Part shown: one piece after another, positions 18,882 to 27,528 of the stretch
Layout: the number at the start of each line of letters is the position of its first letter
Numbering within the stretch: position 1 is the stretch's first letter
Sequence record: DRR723986_3083
Strand: one strand, 5' to 3'
Length of the DNA stretch: 37,633 nt
Notes under the pieces: generated by a model
What the model saw: the letters and a program-made list of their open reading frames with translations, nothing else
Databases searched by the model: none
Told to the model about the DNA's origin: nothing
Program-made: the position numbers and the translations under genes

Positions 18882-20387
18882 ATGATGGATTTCCTCTCAG
18901 GGTTTACGGTCGCACTGCATCCGGTAAATCTCTTTTATTGTTTCGCAGGTGTTCTGCTGGGCAATATCGTCGGTGTTCTTCCAGGTATCGGCGCGATCGC
19001 GGCGATCTCGATCCTGCTGCCGGTCACCTTCTATCTGGAGCCGACGACCGCGGTCATCATGCTGGCCGGTGTCTATTATGGGGCCGAATATGGTGGCTCC
19101 ATCGCATCGATCCTTCTCAATCTGCCGGGCACTGCTTCCAATGCGATCACAACGCTGGACGGTTACCCGATGGCGAAAAGGGGCGAGGCTGGTCTTGCCC
19201 TGCTGACGGCGCAGATCTCCTCGCTGAGTGGTGGCACTTTCGGCATTCTGGCCATGGTCTTCCTGTCGCCGTTGATCGTGAAGTTTTCGCTCTCCTTCGG
19301 ACCCGCGGAGTATTTCGCGACCTTGCTGCTGGGGCTCGTTGCCGGATCGGTTGCAGTGGGCGGATCAGCGCTCAAGGGCGTTGCGATGGTCTTCATCGGC
19401 ATGCTGCTGGGCAGCATCGGCCTTGATCTCAACAGCGGCGTTGCCCGGTTCGACATGGGCTATGCAAACCTTCTCGACGGGCTGTCGATCGTCGCCGTTG
19501 CCATGGGGCTGTTCGGCATCCCGGAGGTCATCAACAAGCTGAGGGATGACCAGGGTGACAGGAAACCGATCGCCATTTCCGCCCGCTCCATGTTTCTCGC
19601 TTTCGGCAAACTCAAGAGCATCAAGTTCTCGATCCTTCGCGGAGCCTCCGTTGGTGGCATCCTGGGGCCCTTGCCCGGTGCAGGGCCCACGATTTCCTCT
19701 TTCCTGGCCTATTCGCTGGAACGGTCCGTGGGGGGCAAGAAGGAAGAATTCGGCACTGGACGGATCAACGGGATCGCCGCACCTGAGGCTGCCAACAACG
19801 CTGCCGCCCAGACGGCCTTCATTCCGACCATGACGCTCGGTATTCCCGGAACGCCGACGATGGCGATCATCCTGGGCGCCTTGATGATCCATGGCATCGC
19901 ACCCGGACCACAGCTGGTGGTCGATCACCCGGACCTGTTCTGGGGTCTGGTCGCCAGCTTCTGGATCGGCAACGTGTTGCTGCTGGTGTTGAACGTACCG
20001 CTGATCGGGGTCTGGGCGCGACTGGTTGCCGTGCCGAGACGGTTCCTGTTTCCCGTGATCATTGCACTGATCTGCACTGGCGTCTTCGGCGTTGCGAATT
20101 CGACTTTCGACGTTTGGGCCGTATTGCTGATGGGGGTTATCGGGGCGATCCTGCGATTTTACGACTATTCACCCGCACCGCTGCTCATCGGGTTCGTTCT
20201 GGGGCCGATGCTCGAGGAGCACCTGCGCCGCGCCTTGATGATTTCAGGAGGAGACTTCGGTTATCTTCTCGGATCCAGCACGGCCATCGCGATCCACTGC
20301 ATCACGATCCTGATCATCGTGCTGCCGCTGCTCAACCTGCTCTGGTCGCGGATCAAGCGTAAAACCGAAAATCCCGTTGCCGATTAA
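18882..20387 (+). CDS. tctA: TTT large membrane subunit TctA
   Basis: 'GVLPGIG', 'YYGAEYGGSIASILLNLPG', 'DGYPMA', 'APEAANNA', 'LGIPG'; start is ATG 18882 or 18885, not 18735. Confidence 0.93.
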   Translation: MMDFLSGFTVALHPVNLFYCFAGVLLGNIVGVLPGIGAIAAISILLPVTFYLEPTTAVIMLAGVYYGAEYGGSIASILLNLPGTASNAITTLDGYPMAKRGEAGLALLTAQISSLSGGTFGILAMVFLSPLIVKFSLSFGPAEYFATLLLGLVAGSVAVGGSALKGVAMVFIGMLLGSIGLDLNSGVARFDMGYANLLDGLSIVAVAMGLFGIPEVINKLRDDQGDRKPIAISARSMFLAFGKLKSIKFSILRGASVGGILGPLPGAGPTISSFLAYSLERSVGGKKEEFGTGRINGIAAPEAANNAAAQTAFIPTMTLGIPGTPTMAIILGALMIHGIAPGPQLVVDHPDLFWGLVASFWIGNVLLLVLNVPLIGVWARLVAVPRRFLFPVIIALICTGVFGVANSTFDVWAVLLMGVIGAILRFYDYSPAPLLIGFVLGPMLEEHLRRALMISGGDFGYLLGSSTAIAIHCITILIIVLPLLNLLWSRIKRKTENPVAD

Positions 20388-20418
20388 CAGCCTCGGTCAA
20401 TCGGAAGGCGCGGCCGGA

Positions 20419-21189
20419 TCAGGCTCTTCCTATCGGTCGCATCTTCGACAGCTTGGCGCTGATCTTCGCGACTTCCTCCCCCATGATGGCGAGTACCGAT
20501 TGCAGGTGCTCGCCGGTCATGCGCGCCATGATGCTGGAAACGCTGATTGACGCAAAGGGTGTGCCGGCACTGTCGCGGATTGCCATGGCGACGGTCCTGA
20601 CGCCAACGTCCGACACCCTGTCGATGTAGCCGGTCTCTCTTGCCAGTTCGACCATTTCACGGATTTTCGTGACGCCACCGGAGAACTCCTTGAGGTCGCC
20701 GGTGTTTCTGTCCAGGATCGCTTCGGCTTTTGCAGGCGGAAGGGCGGCAAGGACAGCCATGCCACCGGCGCCCAGCCCGATCGGGCGATGAACCCCGACG
20801 TCCAGAACAAAGGCCTTCACGGGAAACGCGCCGCTTTCCCGGGCAATGCAGGTCATCTTGTCACCGACGACACGATTGAGGAAAACGGTGTCGCCCGTTA
20901 CCTCGACCAGACGTTCGAGTTCCGGTTTGCAAACATCTTGCAGGTCATAGGCTGGGAAGACCAGCAGACCCAGTTCGTAAATTCTGGAGCCGAGGAAAAA
21001 GCGGCGGTTTTCCGCATCCTGGTCGACGAAGCCATGTTCGATAAGCGCTTGCAGTACCCGCCGGGCGGTCGGCCGGGTCAGGCCGGACTTTGCGAGTATG
21101 TCCGCAAAGGGAACACCGTCGGGATGTCCACCCGCGACAAGATCGAGCAGCATCGCTGCGCGGTCGATGCTTTGTGTTCCTGCAGTCAT
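20419..21189 (-). CDS. IclR-family transcriptional regulator
   Basis: 'GTQSIDRAAMLL', HTH 'SGLTRPTARRVLQAL', 'TGDTVFL', 'GAGGMAVLAAL'. Confidence 0.93.
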   Translation of the reverse strand: MTAGTQSIDRAAMLLDLVAGGHPDGVPFADILAKSGLTRPTARRVLQALIEHGFVDQDAENRRFFLGSRIYELGLLVFPAYDLQDVCKPELERLVEVTGDTVFLNRVVGDKMTCIARESGAFPVKAFVLDVGVHRPIGLGAGGMAVLAALPPAKAEAILDRNTGDLKEFSGGVTKIREMVELARETGYIDRVSDVGVRTVAMAIRDSAGTPFASISVSSIMARMTGEHLQSVLAIMGEEVAKISAKLSKMRPIGRA

Positions 21190-21446
21190 CCTCGTAAGTC
21201 TCTATAATCGTATGTGTTTAAAATCTAATTCGACCGAATGTCCTAGTAGAGTGGTATTGCATGAGGGCACACGGGTCCATTGAAATGAAGGGCATTCGGG
21301 AATTTATTGGCATGGCTAAAGGCCTCGTTTCCGGATCCGATGTTGCCACTGTGTCTCCAAGTCGGAATGGGGTGACCTAGAAGCCTGTTGAACGGCTGGA
21401 GATGCGGGCTGAAGTCCTATCCGGACGCGGGTTGGAGGAGTGCTTC

Positions 21447-24239
21447 TCAGGTCAGTTGACCTGCAATCCGGTCCAGAAGGTCTTGCGCACGTTTTTCGTA
21501 AGTCACGGCGTTTTGGGTTCGTGCAACCCTGATTGCACGGCGAAGTGCAGAAGAAGCATTTCGGGTTCGGCCGGTCTGAACCGAGAGCAAGGCCCACAGG
21601 CGGTGGAGCTCCGCTTCATGCCAGCGTTCGCCGGTACGCCTGATGATCTTGAACGCCGACGCAAGTGCCTTCAGCCCCTCGACCGGGTTACCGCAGCGGC
21701 CGGTCGCTTCTGCGTAGAGTGCCAATCCGTAAGGACGGGTCAGCGTCACGTTCATTGCCGCCTGTGCGTTCAGACCTTCGTGAATTTGCTGAAGGCCGGA
21801 AGCGTTCCCAAGCACGACCTGCGCCCACCCGGCCAGCAGGTCGCCATTGGGGCGCCAGAATGGAATTGCGGCTGCTTCGCAGGTTTCGATCAGACCCGTC
21901 GCCCGTTCCAGCACACGCACCGGGTCTTCACGTTCACGAGCGATCAGAGCTCCTGCCCAAAGCATCTGCGCTCGACCGAAAGGCTGCTCCAATGTGTCCG
22001 TCAACGTCATGCCTTCGGCATAAAGGCGTTCGGCACGTTCGCTTTGGCCGAGCAACTGATGAACGCAAGCGGCATACTGGCGGCAGACGATGCCAGGGTC
22101 TTCACCGAACAGAACCGATGCCTCTGCGCCGTGGTTCGTGTCGGAGGCGCTGCAAACAGCGTTGATATGAGGCAGACAGGCGGCAAGATCACCACGGAAG
22201 AACCGCGTTTGCCCGACAGCATTGTGGGCCACCATTGCATAGAGCGCTGGTGCATCCTCTGCCAGGTCATCGAGACCCTTGGCAAGTTCGTCGGCGGCTG
22301 CAAGGTCTGCTTTGGTCAGGTGGTGGTTCCAGAGCCCTGCAAGTGCGGGCACAATTGTCGTCGGGTCATTGGTTCGGCCTGCAAGTGTCGCGGCGCGTTC
22401 GTAAACGTCCCGAAGTTCGTCCTTGGTGAAGTGATCCCCGACGATAAGTGCCGCTCCCAGACCCAGTAGCGTGCGGCATTCCGCCGTGTGCGTTTCGGGG
22501 TCAGGCTCGCAGGCGGCGAAGGAGGCAAGCGCCTGCCGGAACTGGGCGGCCGCATCGGTGACTGCACCTCGTTCCAGCGCGGTCAGGCCCGCAAGCCCTC
22601 GATGGACGGCAGCACGTTTCCAATCGGCGGCACGCTCGAAATGATCGGCTAGTGTGGACGCGATTTCGCCAGTGCGGGATTTGAACGCGGTTTCAAGCCG
22701 GCTGCCGATGCGTTCGTGAAGTCCTTGCCGATTTGCTGCCGGAACAGCGTCGTAAAGAGCCTCCTGATAAAGCGCGTGCCGGAAGACGTAGCGTGTTGCC
22801 TGCGTCCCGTCCGGCCAGGCCATGACACCGGCCCGTTGAATAAAGCGCCTGACGCTTGCAAGGCGGTCGAGAACCGCTTCGCCTTTTTCCACCTCGAGCC
22901 GTTCATCGCTCAACATGGCTGCGGAAAATCGAATTCCGGCAACGCTGGCAATGTCGAGTAACTGCCGCTCGTATGGGTCCAGCCGGCCGATTTCGCCCGT
23001 GATGAATTTGCCGGCTCCGCGTGAGATTGCCGAAACGATTTCAGTGATGTCCTGCTCGGGTGCCTGCTGATTTTCGGAACTCTCCAGGGCCCCGTCCCGA
23101 TGCCACTGGTCGATGATCGCATCGACCAGGATGGCATGCCCTTCCGTTCTTCGCCTCAACTCGCCGGCAAGGGTGGCAGGCAGTCTGTGGTCCGGAAAGC
23201 GTCGCTTGAGAAGGTCCGCTACGGCTGTTTCGTCGAGGCCGTCCAGCGTGATCGGGCTAAAGTCCTGAACACGTTGAAGGTAATGCAATGTGGTTTGAAG
23301 ATCTCCGGACTTGTCCAGTTCATCAAACCTGTAGGTTCCAACCACAAGGGTTCTGGCAGGAGCGCGGCGTTGAGCCCAGGAAAGAAGCCATGCCAGCGTG
23401 CTCTGATCGGCCCAGTGCAGGTCTTCCAGAATGATGACACCGGGCTGCTGCTGAGAGAGACGCTCCATGAGTGCGGTCAGCTCCCGCAACATTGAGTCCG
23501 GGTGCGTGTCCGTCAATCTTGTGGGCAGGGGAGCGGGCTCCCGGCCAGAACGAAGCTGAGGCAGCAGGTCCCGCCACGACGGTGCGACATCCTCAAGAAG
23601 CCGCAAGACCCGTTTTCGTGACGCACCTTCGGCGAGCTGTGTCACGATCTCGATCAGTGGGCCATAGGGTTCCCGGGCACCTGGATGGGGAATGCACTGC
23701 CCCCGGGCAGACCAGAAGTCTGCCGTGCGTGGCAGCGTGGCGGCGAACGTCTCCACCAGCCTTGATTTGCCCGATCCGGCTTCCCCTGCGACAAGGCTCA
23801 CAATGCGCTTGCCAGCGCGCACTGCCGCTGCGCAGTCCGCAAGGGACTGCAGTTCCGTGGTTCGGCCCACGCAAAGAGGGGCTGTTCCGGTGGTCTCCGT
23901 TCCGGAGTTCAGAACCGTGATCTCGCCGACAAGGCGGTAGCCCTGCCTGCCGACCGTTTCGATGAACCCGGGTGTTCCGGCGCTGTCCCCCAGCAAGCGT
24001 CTAAGTTCGCGGATACACTGCTTTGGACCGGTCTCGCGTCCATGCTGCTGTCCCCAGATCAGGTGTCTCAGTTCTTGCTGGCTGACGACCTCTCCCTCGC
24101 GGGCGTGCAGCTCGACCAGCACGGCGAGAGTCTTGGGGCGCAAACGAACGACTTCCCCGTCACGCAGCAGTTCACCGCGAGAAACATCAAGTTCGACTTT
24201 TTGCACTGGGACGCAGATTCCGATGTTCCGGTGAGGCAC
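21447..24239 (-). CDS. Large regulator: OmpR/CadC-type winged HTH + STAND-like P-loop NTPase + C-terminal helical (TPR-like) region
   Basis: wHTH 'LRPKTLAVL...VSQQELRHLIWG...IRELRRLLGD...FIETVGRQGYRL'; 'VGRTTEL'; Walker A GEAGSGKS; Walker B 'IILEDLHWAD'; 'RTEGHA', 'FRHALYQEALY', 'LADHFE', 'EAELHRL'. Exact start uncertain. Confidence 0.88.
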   Translation of the reverse strand: MPHRNIGICVPVQKVELDVSRGELLRDGEVVRLRPKTLAVLVELHAREGEVVSQQELRHLIWGQQHGRETGPKQCIRELRRLLGDSAGTPGFIETVGRQGYRLVGEITVLNSGTETTGTAPLCVGRTTELQSLADCAAAVRAGKRIVSLVAGEAGSGKSRLVETFAATLPRTADFWSARGQCIPHPGAREPYGPLIEIVTQLAEGASRKRVLRLLEDVAPSWRDLLPQLRSGREPAPLPTRLTDTHPDSMLRELTALMERLSQQQPGVIILEDLHWADQSTLAWLLSWAQRRAPARTLVVGTYRFDELDKSGDLQTTLHYLQRVQDFSPITLDGLDETAVADLLKRRFPDHRLPATLAGELRRRTEGHAILVDAIIDQWHRDGALESSENQQAPEQDITEIVSAISRGAGKFITGEIGRLDPYERQLLDIASVAGIRFSAAMLSDERLEVEKGEAVLDRLASVRRFIQRAGVMAWPDGTQATRYVFRHALYQEALYDAVPAANRQGLHERIGSRLETAFKSRTGEIASTLADHFERAADWKRAAVHRGLAGLTALERGAVTDAAAQFRQALASFAACEPDPETHTAECRTLLGLGAALIVGDHFTKDELRDVYERAATLAGRTNDPTTIVPALAGLWNHHLTKADLAAADELAKGLDDLAEDAPALYAMVAHNAVGQTRFFRGDLAACLPHINAVCSASDTNHGAEASVLFGEDPGIVCRQYAACVHQLLGQSERAERLYAEGMTLTDTLEQPFGRAQMLWAGALIAREREDPVRVLERATGLIETCEAAAIPFWRPNGDLLAGWAQVVLGNASGLQQIHEGLNAQAAMNVTLTRPYGLALYAEATGRCGNPVEGLKALASAFKIIRRTGERWHEAELHRLWALLSVQTGRTRNASSALRRAIRVARTQNAVTYEKRAQDLLDRIAGQLT

Positions 24240-24424
24240 GAGGACCGTGCCCCGATGAAGAATTACACTGATTGACGAACTACTTATACCATTTTTGCAC
24301 CGTTGCCGACTTTGTTTGCCATCCTGATTTCCCTACCACCAGTCCTCATGGAGACGCGCCCCTGCGGCATGCCCCGCCGCAAGCGCGATCTCCCGTCTGC
24401 AACCGGAAAAGAGGACAGCCCAGT

Positions 24425-25699
24425 TTGACAAGATCGGTCACAACAGGCCCGGTGACAGCACGGGCCGTGCAATTGCTTGCGGTCCTGCTGGTGTCGGTAT
24501 GCAGCGTTAACCCCGTCGCAGCGACAGTAACATGTGTTGAAGATTTTGACCGGGGTGTGACCTCCGAGGCAGCGGGTGCCAGGCCCGGCACGCCGCTCTC
24601 CGTAGCACTCTCGCAAAAGCTGGATGATGCGGTGCTGGCCGCGCTTCCACTTGCCGAAACACCGGGCGTCATTGTTGGTGTCCAAACACCAGACGGCACA
24701 TGGAAAAAAGCGTACGGCGTTGCCGACCCGGCAACCGGAGCTCCGATGGAGCCGGGCATGCACACGCGCATCGGGTCCGTGACCAAGACCTTTACCGGAA
24801 CAATGCTGTTGCAGCTTGCAGACGCCGGACGGCTCTCTCTCGATGACACGATCGATGCCTATGTCGAGGGAATTCCCAACGGAGACAGGATCACGCTGCG
24901 CCAGCTTGCGGACATGACCAGCGGTGTGGCGAGCTACACCGCTTCCGAACGGTTTGTGGAGTTGTTTCTCGATCAACCCGGTGTCGCGTTTTCACCCGAG
25001 GACCTTTTGACCTTTGCCGTCGAAAATTCCCCGCTCTTCGAACCGGGAACGCAATACGATTATTCCAACACGAACACGATCCTCCTTGGCATGGTCATTG
25101 AAAAGACCACGGGGCAACCCTTCGAAACGTCTTTGCGGAAGATGATCCTGGAGCCTCTCGGACTGGAAAAAACAGTCTGGCCGGGAAGCAGGACCGAACT
25201 GCCGGAGCCCTACGCGCAGGGCGTTACCCTTCAGGGCGTCGCTGCAACGCCGGAAGCACCTCTTGTTGCCACACACTGGAACCCGGCTTCGCTCTGGACA
25301 GCGGGGGAGCTGATTTCCAACCTCGACGATCTGCTCGTCTATGGCCGAGCCCTTGGGTCCGGCCAAGGGCTTCTCGGCACCGAGATGCAGCAAGCGCGAC
25401 TGCGATCCTTTCGTCCGCCTGATGGGTACGGCCTGGCGCTTCGGTGCAACGGAGAGTGGGTCGGCCACACGGGTGAAGTGCCTGGATACACCACGGTCGT
25501 TTTCCATAGCCCGCGGACCGACACGACCCTTGTTGTCCAGGCGAACAGCGACATGCCTTCCGGCGATTGCGAGGAGGCAAAGGAGGCTCAGGACGTCGAC
25601 GAAGCCTCGGGTCTGTCCTGCTCGCTGCCTGCCATGCGCATTTTTAACGCCGTCGCTCCGTTACTCGGCGAAACGGCTCCCCAGAACACCGCTGAATAA
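24425..25699 (+). CDS. Secreted serine hydrolase, beta-lactamase/DD-peptidase fold
   Basis: SxxK 'IGSVTK', YxN 'YDYSNTN', 'GHTG'. Likely TTG start 24425 after GAGGA gives a Sec-like signal ending 'PVAA'; the ORF track opens at 24272. Confidence 0.88.
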   Translation: MTRSVTTGPVTARAVQLLAVLLVSVCSVNPVAATVTCVEDFDRGVTSEAAGARPGTPLSVALSQKLDDAVLAALPLAETPGVIVGVQTPDGTWKKAYGVADPATGAPMEPGMHTRIGSVTKTFTGTMLLQLADAGRLSLDDTIDAYVEGIPNGDRITLRQLADMTSGVASYTASERFVELFLDQPGVAFSPEDLLTFAVENSPLFEPGTQYDYSNTNTILLGMVIEKTTGQPFETSLRKMILEPLGLEKTVWPGSRTELPEPYAQGVTLQGVAATPEAPLVATHWNPASLWTAGELISNLDDLLVYGRALGSGQGLLGTEMQQARLRSFRPPDGYGLALRCNGEWVGHTGEVPGYTTVVFHSPRTDTTLVVQANSDMPSGDCEEAKEAQDVDEASGLSCSLPAMRIFNAVAPLLGETAPQNTAE

Positions 25700-25713
25700 G
25701 AACGGAGCCGTCC

Positions 25714-27435
25714 GTGACAAGACAGGTGCTGCCTCCCCCGGCAACAAAAACCCTGCGCGGTGCCGCCGCTGCTAATCCCAAATCTACCTTTCGGCTTCGG
25801 GCTGCTTCGGTTCTGGCCGTCTCTTTCGTGGCCGCGGTGTTTTCTCATTCTGCACCGGCTCAAACGCTTGTTCAGGCCGTCGCCGGGCAAACCGTCATTA
25901 TCGAACGGTTCACGCCGCCTACAAGGCCGGGCACGGTCGACATCACTGTGCAGGATCAGCGCAAGCGTGTTTCAGAACAAGATGCCGAGAGGGTACGCTT
26001 CACCCTCCGCTCGGTATCGATTGCCGGCGCTCATTCGGTTTCGAGCACCGATCTGTCGGCCATCTGGCAGGGCAAGATCGGCAAGGACATGTCTCTTGCG
26101 GATCTCTACCGGATCGCCGAGGCGGTTGATGCCGCTTATCTGAGAGCCGGCTATTTTTCGATGACCGTCGTTCCGGTGCAGGACTTTGCGTCCGGCGCGG
26201 TCTCGCTCCGGATCTACGAAGGCTATGTTGAAACCGTCGAGATCACCAGTTCCATCCCGCGCATCAGGGAGCGCCTGGCGCCCTATATCAACCGCCTGAC
26301 CTCCATGCGGCCCATTCGGATCAAGGAAGCGGAACGCGTCCTGCTGCTGATGAGCGATCTTGCCGGTCTGCAGATAGAGGGAACAATTGTGCGCCCGGAA
26401 ACGCCCACAGGTGGCGGTACGCTGAAGCTCGCGGTTGATTTCAGCCGATACAGCGCCGGCGTCGGTCTCGACAACCTTGGAACAGATACGGTCGGTCCGC
26501 TGGAACTTTCCGGAAATGCCACGGTCAACGACATCTTCGGGTTGTTCGAAACGACAAGCCTGGTTGGGGTGACCGTTCCGGACGCACCCGAGGAAATGGT
26601 GCTGCTGCAGGCTTCGCAGTCGGTTCCAATCGGGTTCAACGGGCTCTCCGCGGGCTACGATCTGACCTATGTGACACAGAAGCCCGGCGCAGAGCTGAAA
26701 GAGCAGGACATCCACATCGAAACCGTTATCGGTTCGGCTCATCTCCAGTATCCGCTCATTCGCACCATCGACCAGAGCCTTTACGGCAAGGTGGAAATCA
26801 ATCTTCGGAACGACCGGATCGACGTGATGGGCGCGCGGGCTGCCCGTGAACAGGCGCGTTGGGCGACGGTGTCCCTCAGGTACGACCTTGATGCAGGCCC
26901 TGCCTCATTTTCCGCTGGAGCCGAACTGGGTCAGAGCCTGAACCACAAAGGTGAAATGGAAATTGACCCGGACGACTATCGCTTTGGCCGGTTCAACTTC
27001 GGCGTCTCATACGATCTGGCGTCCATCGCTCGGCTTCAGCTGCGCACGGCCAGCCAGTATTCGCCGACACCGCTGCCCGGTGCGGTCCGGTTCGCTCTCG
27101 GCGGCGACCCCTACGGCTGGGCGTTCGATGGCGGCAGCCTCTCCGGTGACAGTGGCTTTGCGTCGGCGTTTGAAGTCAGTCACGACATCGAAACCGGATG
27201 GTCTGCGCTTCCCGGTCTCACCCTGACGGCCTTTGCCGATTATGGCGTCGTCTGGAACGTGGATGAAGCCGCCGACTTTGCCCGCGACGAACTCGGTTCA
27301 GCCGGTGTCGGTGTCAGTGGCATGGTTGCCGACCGGGTGAATTTTCAGGTTCTCACCGCCACACCCTGGCATCGGCCGGAAAACGCCGAAGATCCGGGGA
27401 CCCGGGTTTTCTTCAGGCTGGGGCTGGCGCTTTGA
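25714..27435 (+). CDS. ShlB/FhaC/HecB-family (TpsB, Omp85 superfamily) outer-membrane protein
   Basis: Signal-like N-terminus; POTRA1 'LADLYRIAEAVDAAYLRAGYF...LRIYEG'; POTRA2 'AERVLLLMSDLAG'; barrel start 'LDNLGTDTVG'; L6 region 'FALGG'; 'FADYG' motif; alternating beta-strand pattern. Confidence 0.88.
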   Translation: MTRQVLPPPATKTLRGAAAANPKSTFRLRAASVLAVSFVAAVFSHSAPAQTLVQAVAGQTVIIERFTPPTRPGTVDITVQDQRKRVSEQDAERVRFTLRSVSIAGAHSVSSTDLSAIWQGKIGKDMSLADLYRIAEAVDAAYLRAGYFSMTVVPVQDFASGAVSLRIYEGYVETVEITSSIPRIRERLAPYINRLTSMRPIRIKEAERVLLLMSDLAGLQIEGTIVRPETPTGGGTLKLAVDFSRYSAGVGLDNLGTDTVGPLELSGNATVNDIFGLFETTSLVGVTVPDAPEEMVLLQASQSVPIGFNGLSAGYDLTYVTQKPGAELKEQDIHIETVIGSAHLQYPLIRTIDQSLYGKVEINLRNDRIDVMGARAAREQARWATVSLRYDLDAGPASFSAGAELGQSLNHKGEMEIDPDDYRFGRFNFGVSYDLASIARLQLRTASQYSPTPLPGAVRFALGGDPYGWAFDGGSLSGDSGFASAFEVSHDIETGWSALPGLTLTAFADYGVVWNVDEAADFARDELGSAGVGVSGMVADRVNFQVLTATPWHRPENAEDPGTRVFFRLGLAL

Positions 27436-27528
27436 CGACACCGGAAAGTATCGCCCCGGCCGGACCGGCCGAAACCCATCTGCAATGATCCGCACGCGCG
27501 AACAGCAAGACTGATTGAGAGGTTACAC

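Noticed and set aside
100-21389. 11-bp direct repeat AGAAGCCTGTT at 100-110 and 21379-21389 bracketing both catabolic clusters
   Set aside because: Many 11-mer matches are expected by chance in 37 kb; no integrase, transposase or tRNA supports an att or target-site duplication.
21447-24239. Avs-like antiphage STAND system
   Set aside because: The N-terminal domain is a DNA-binding wHTH rather than a nuclease or other effector, and the context is not a defence island.
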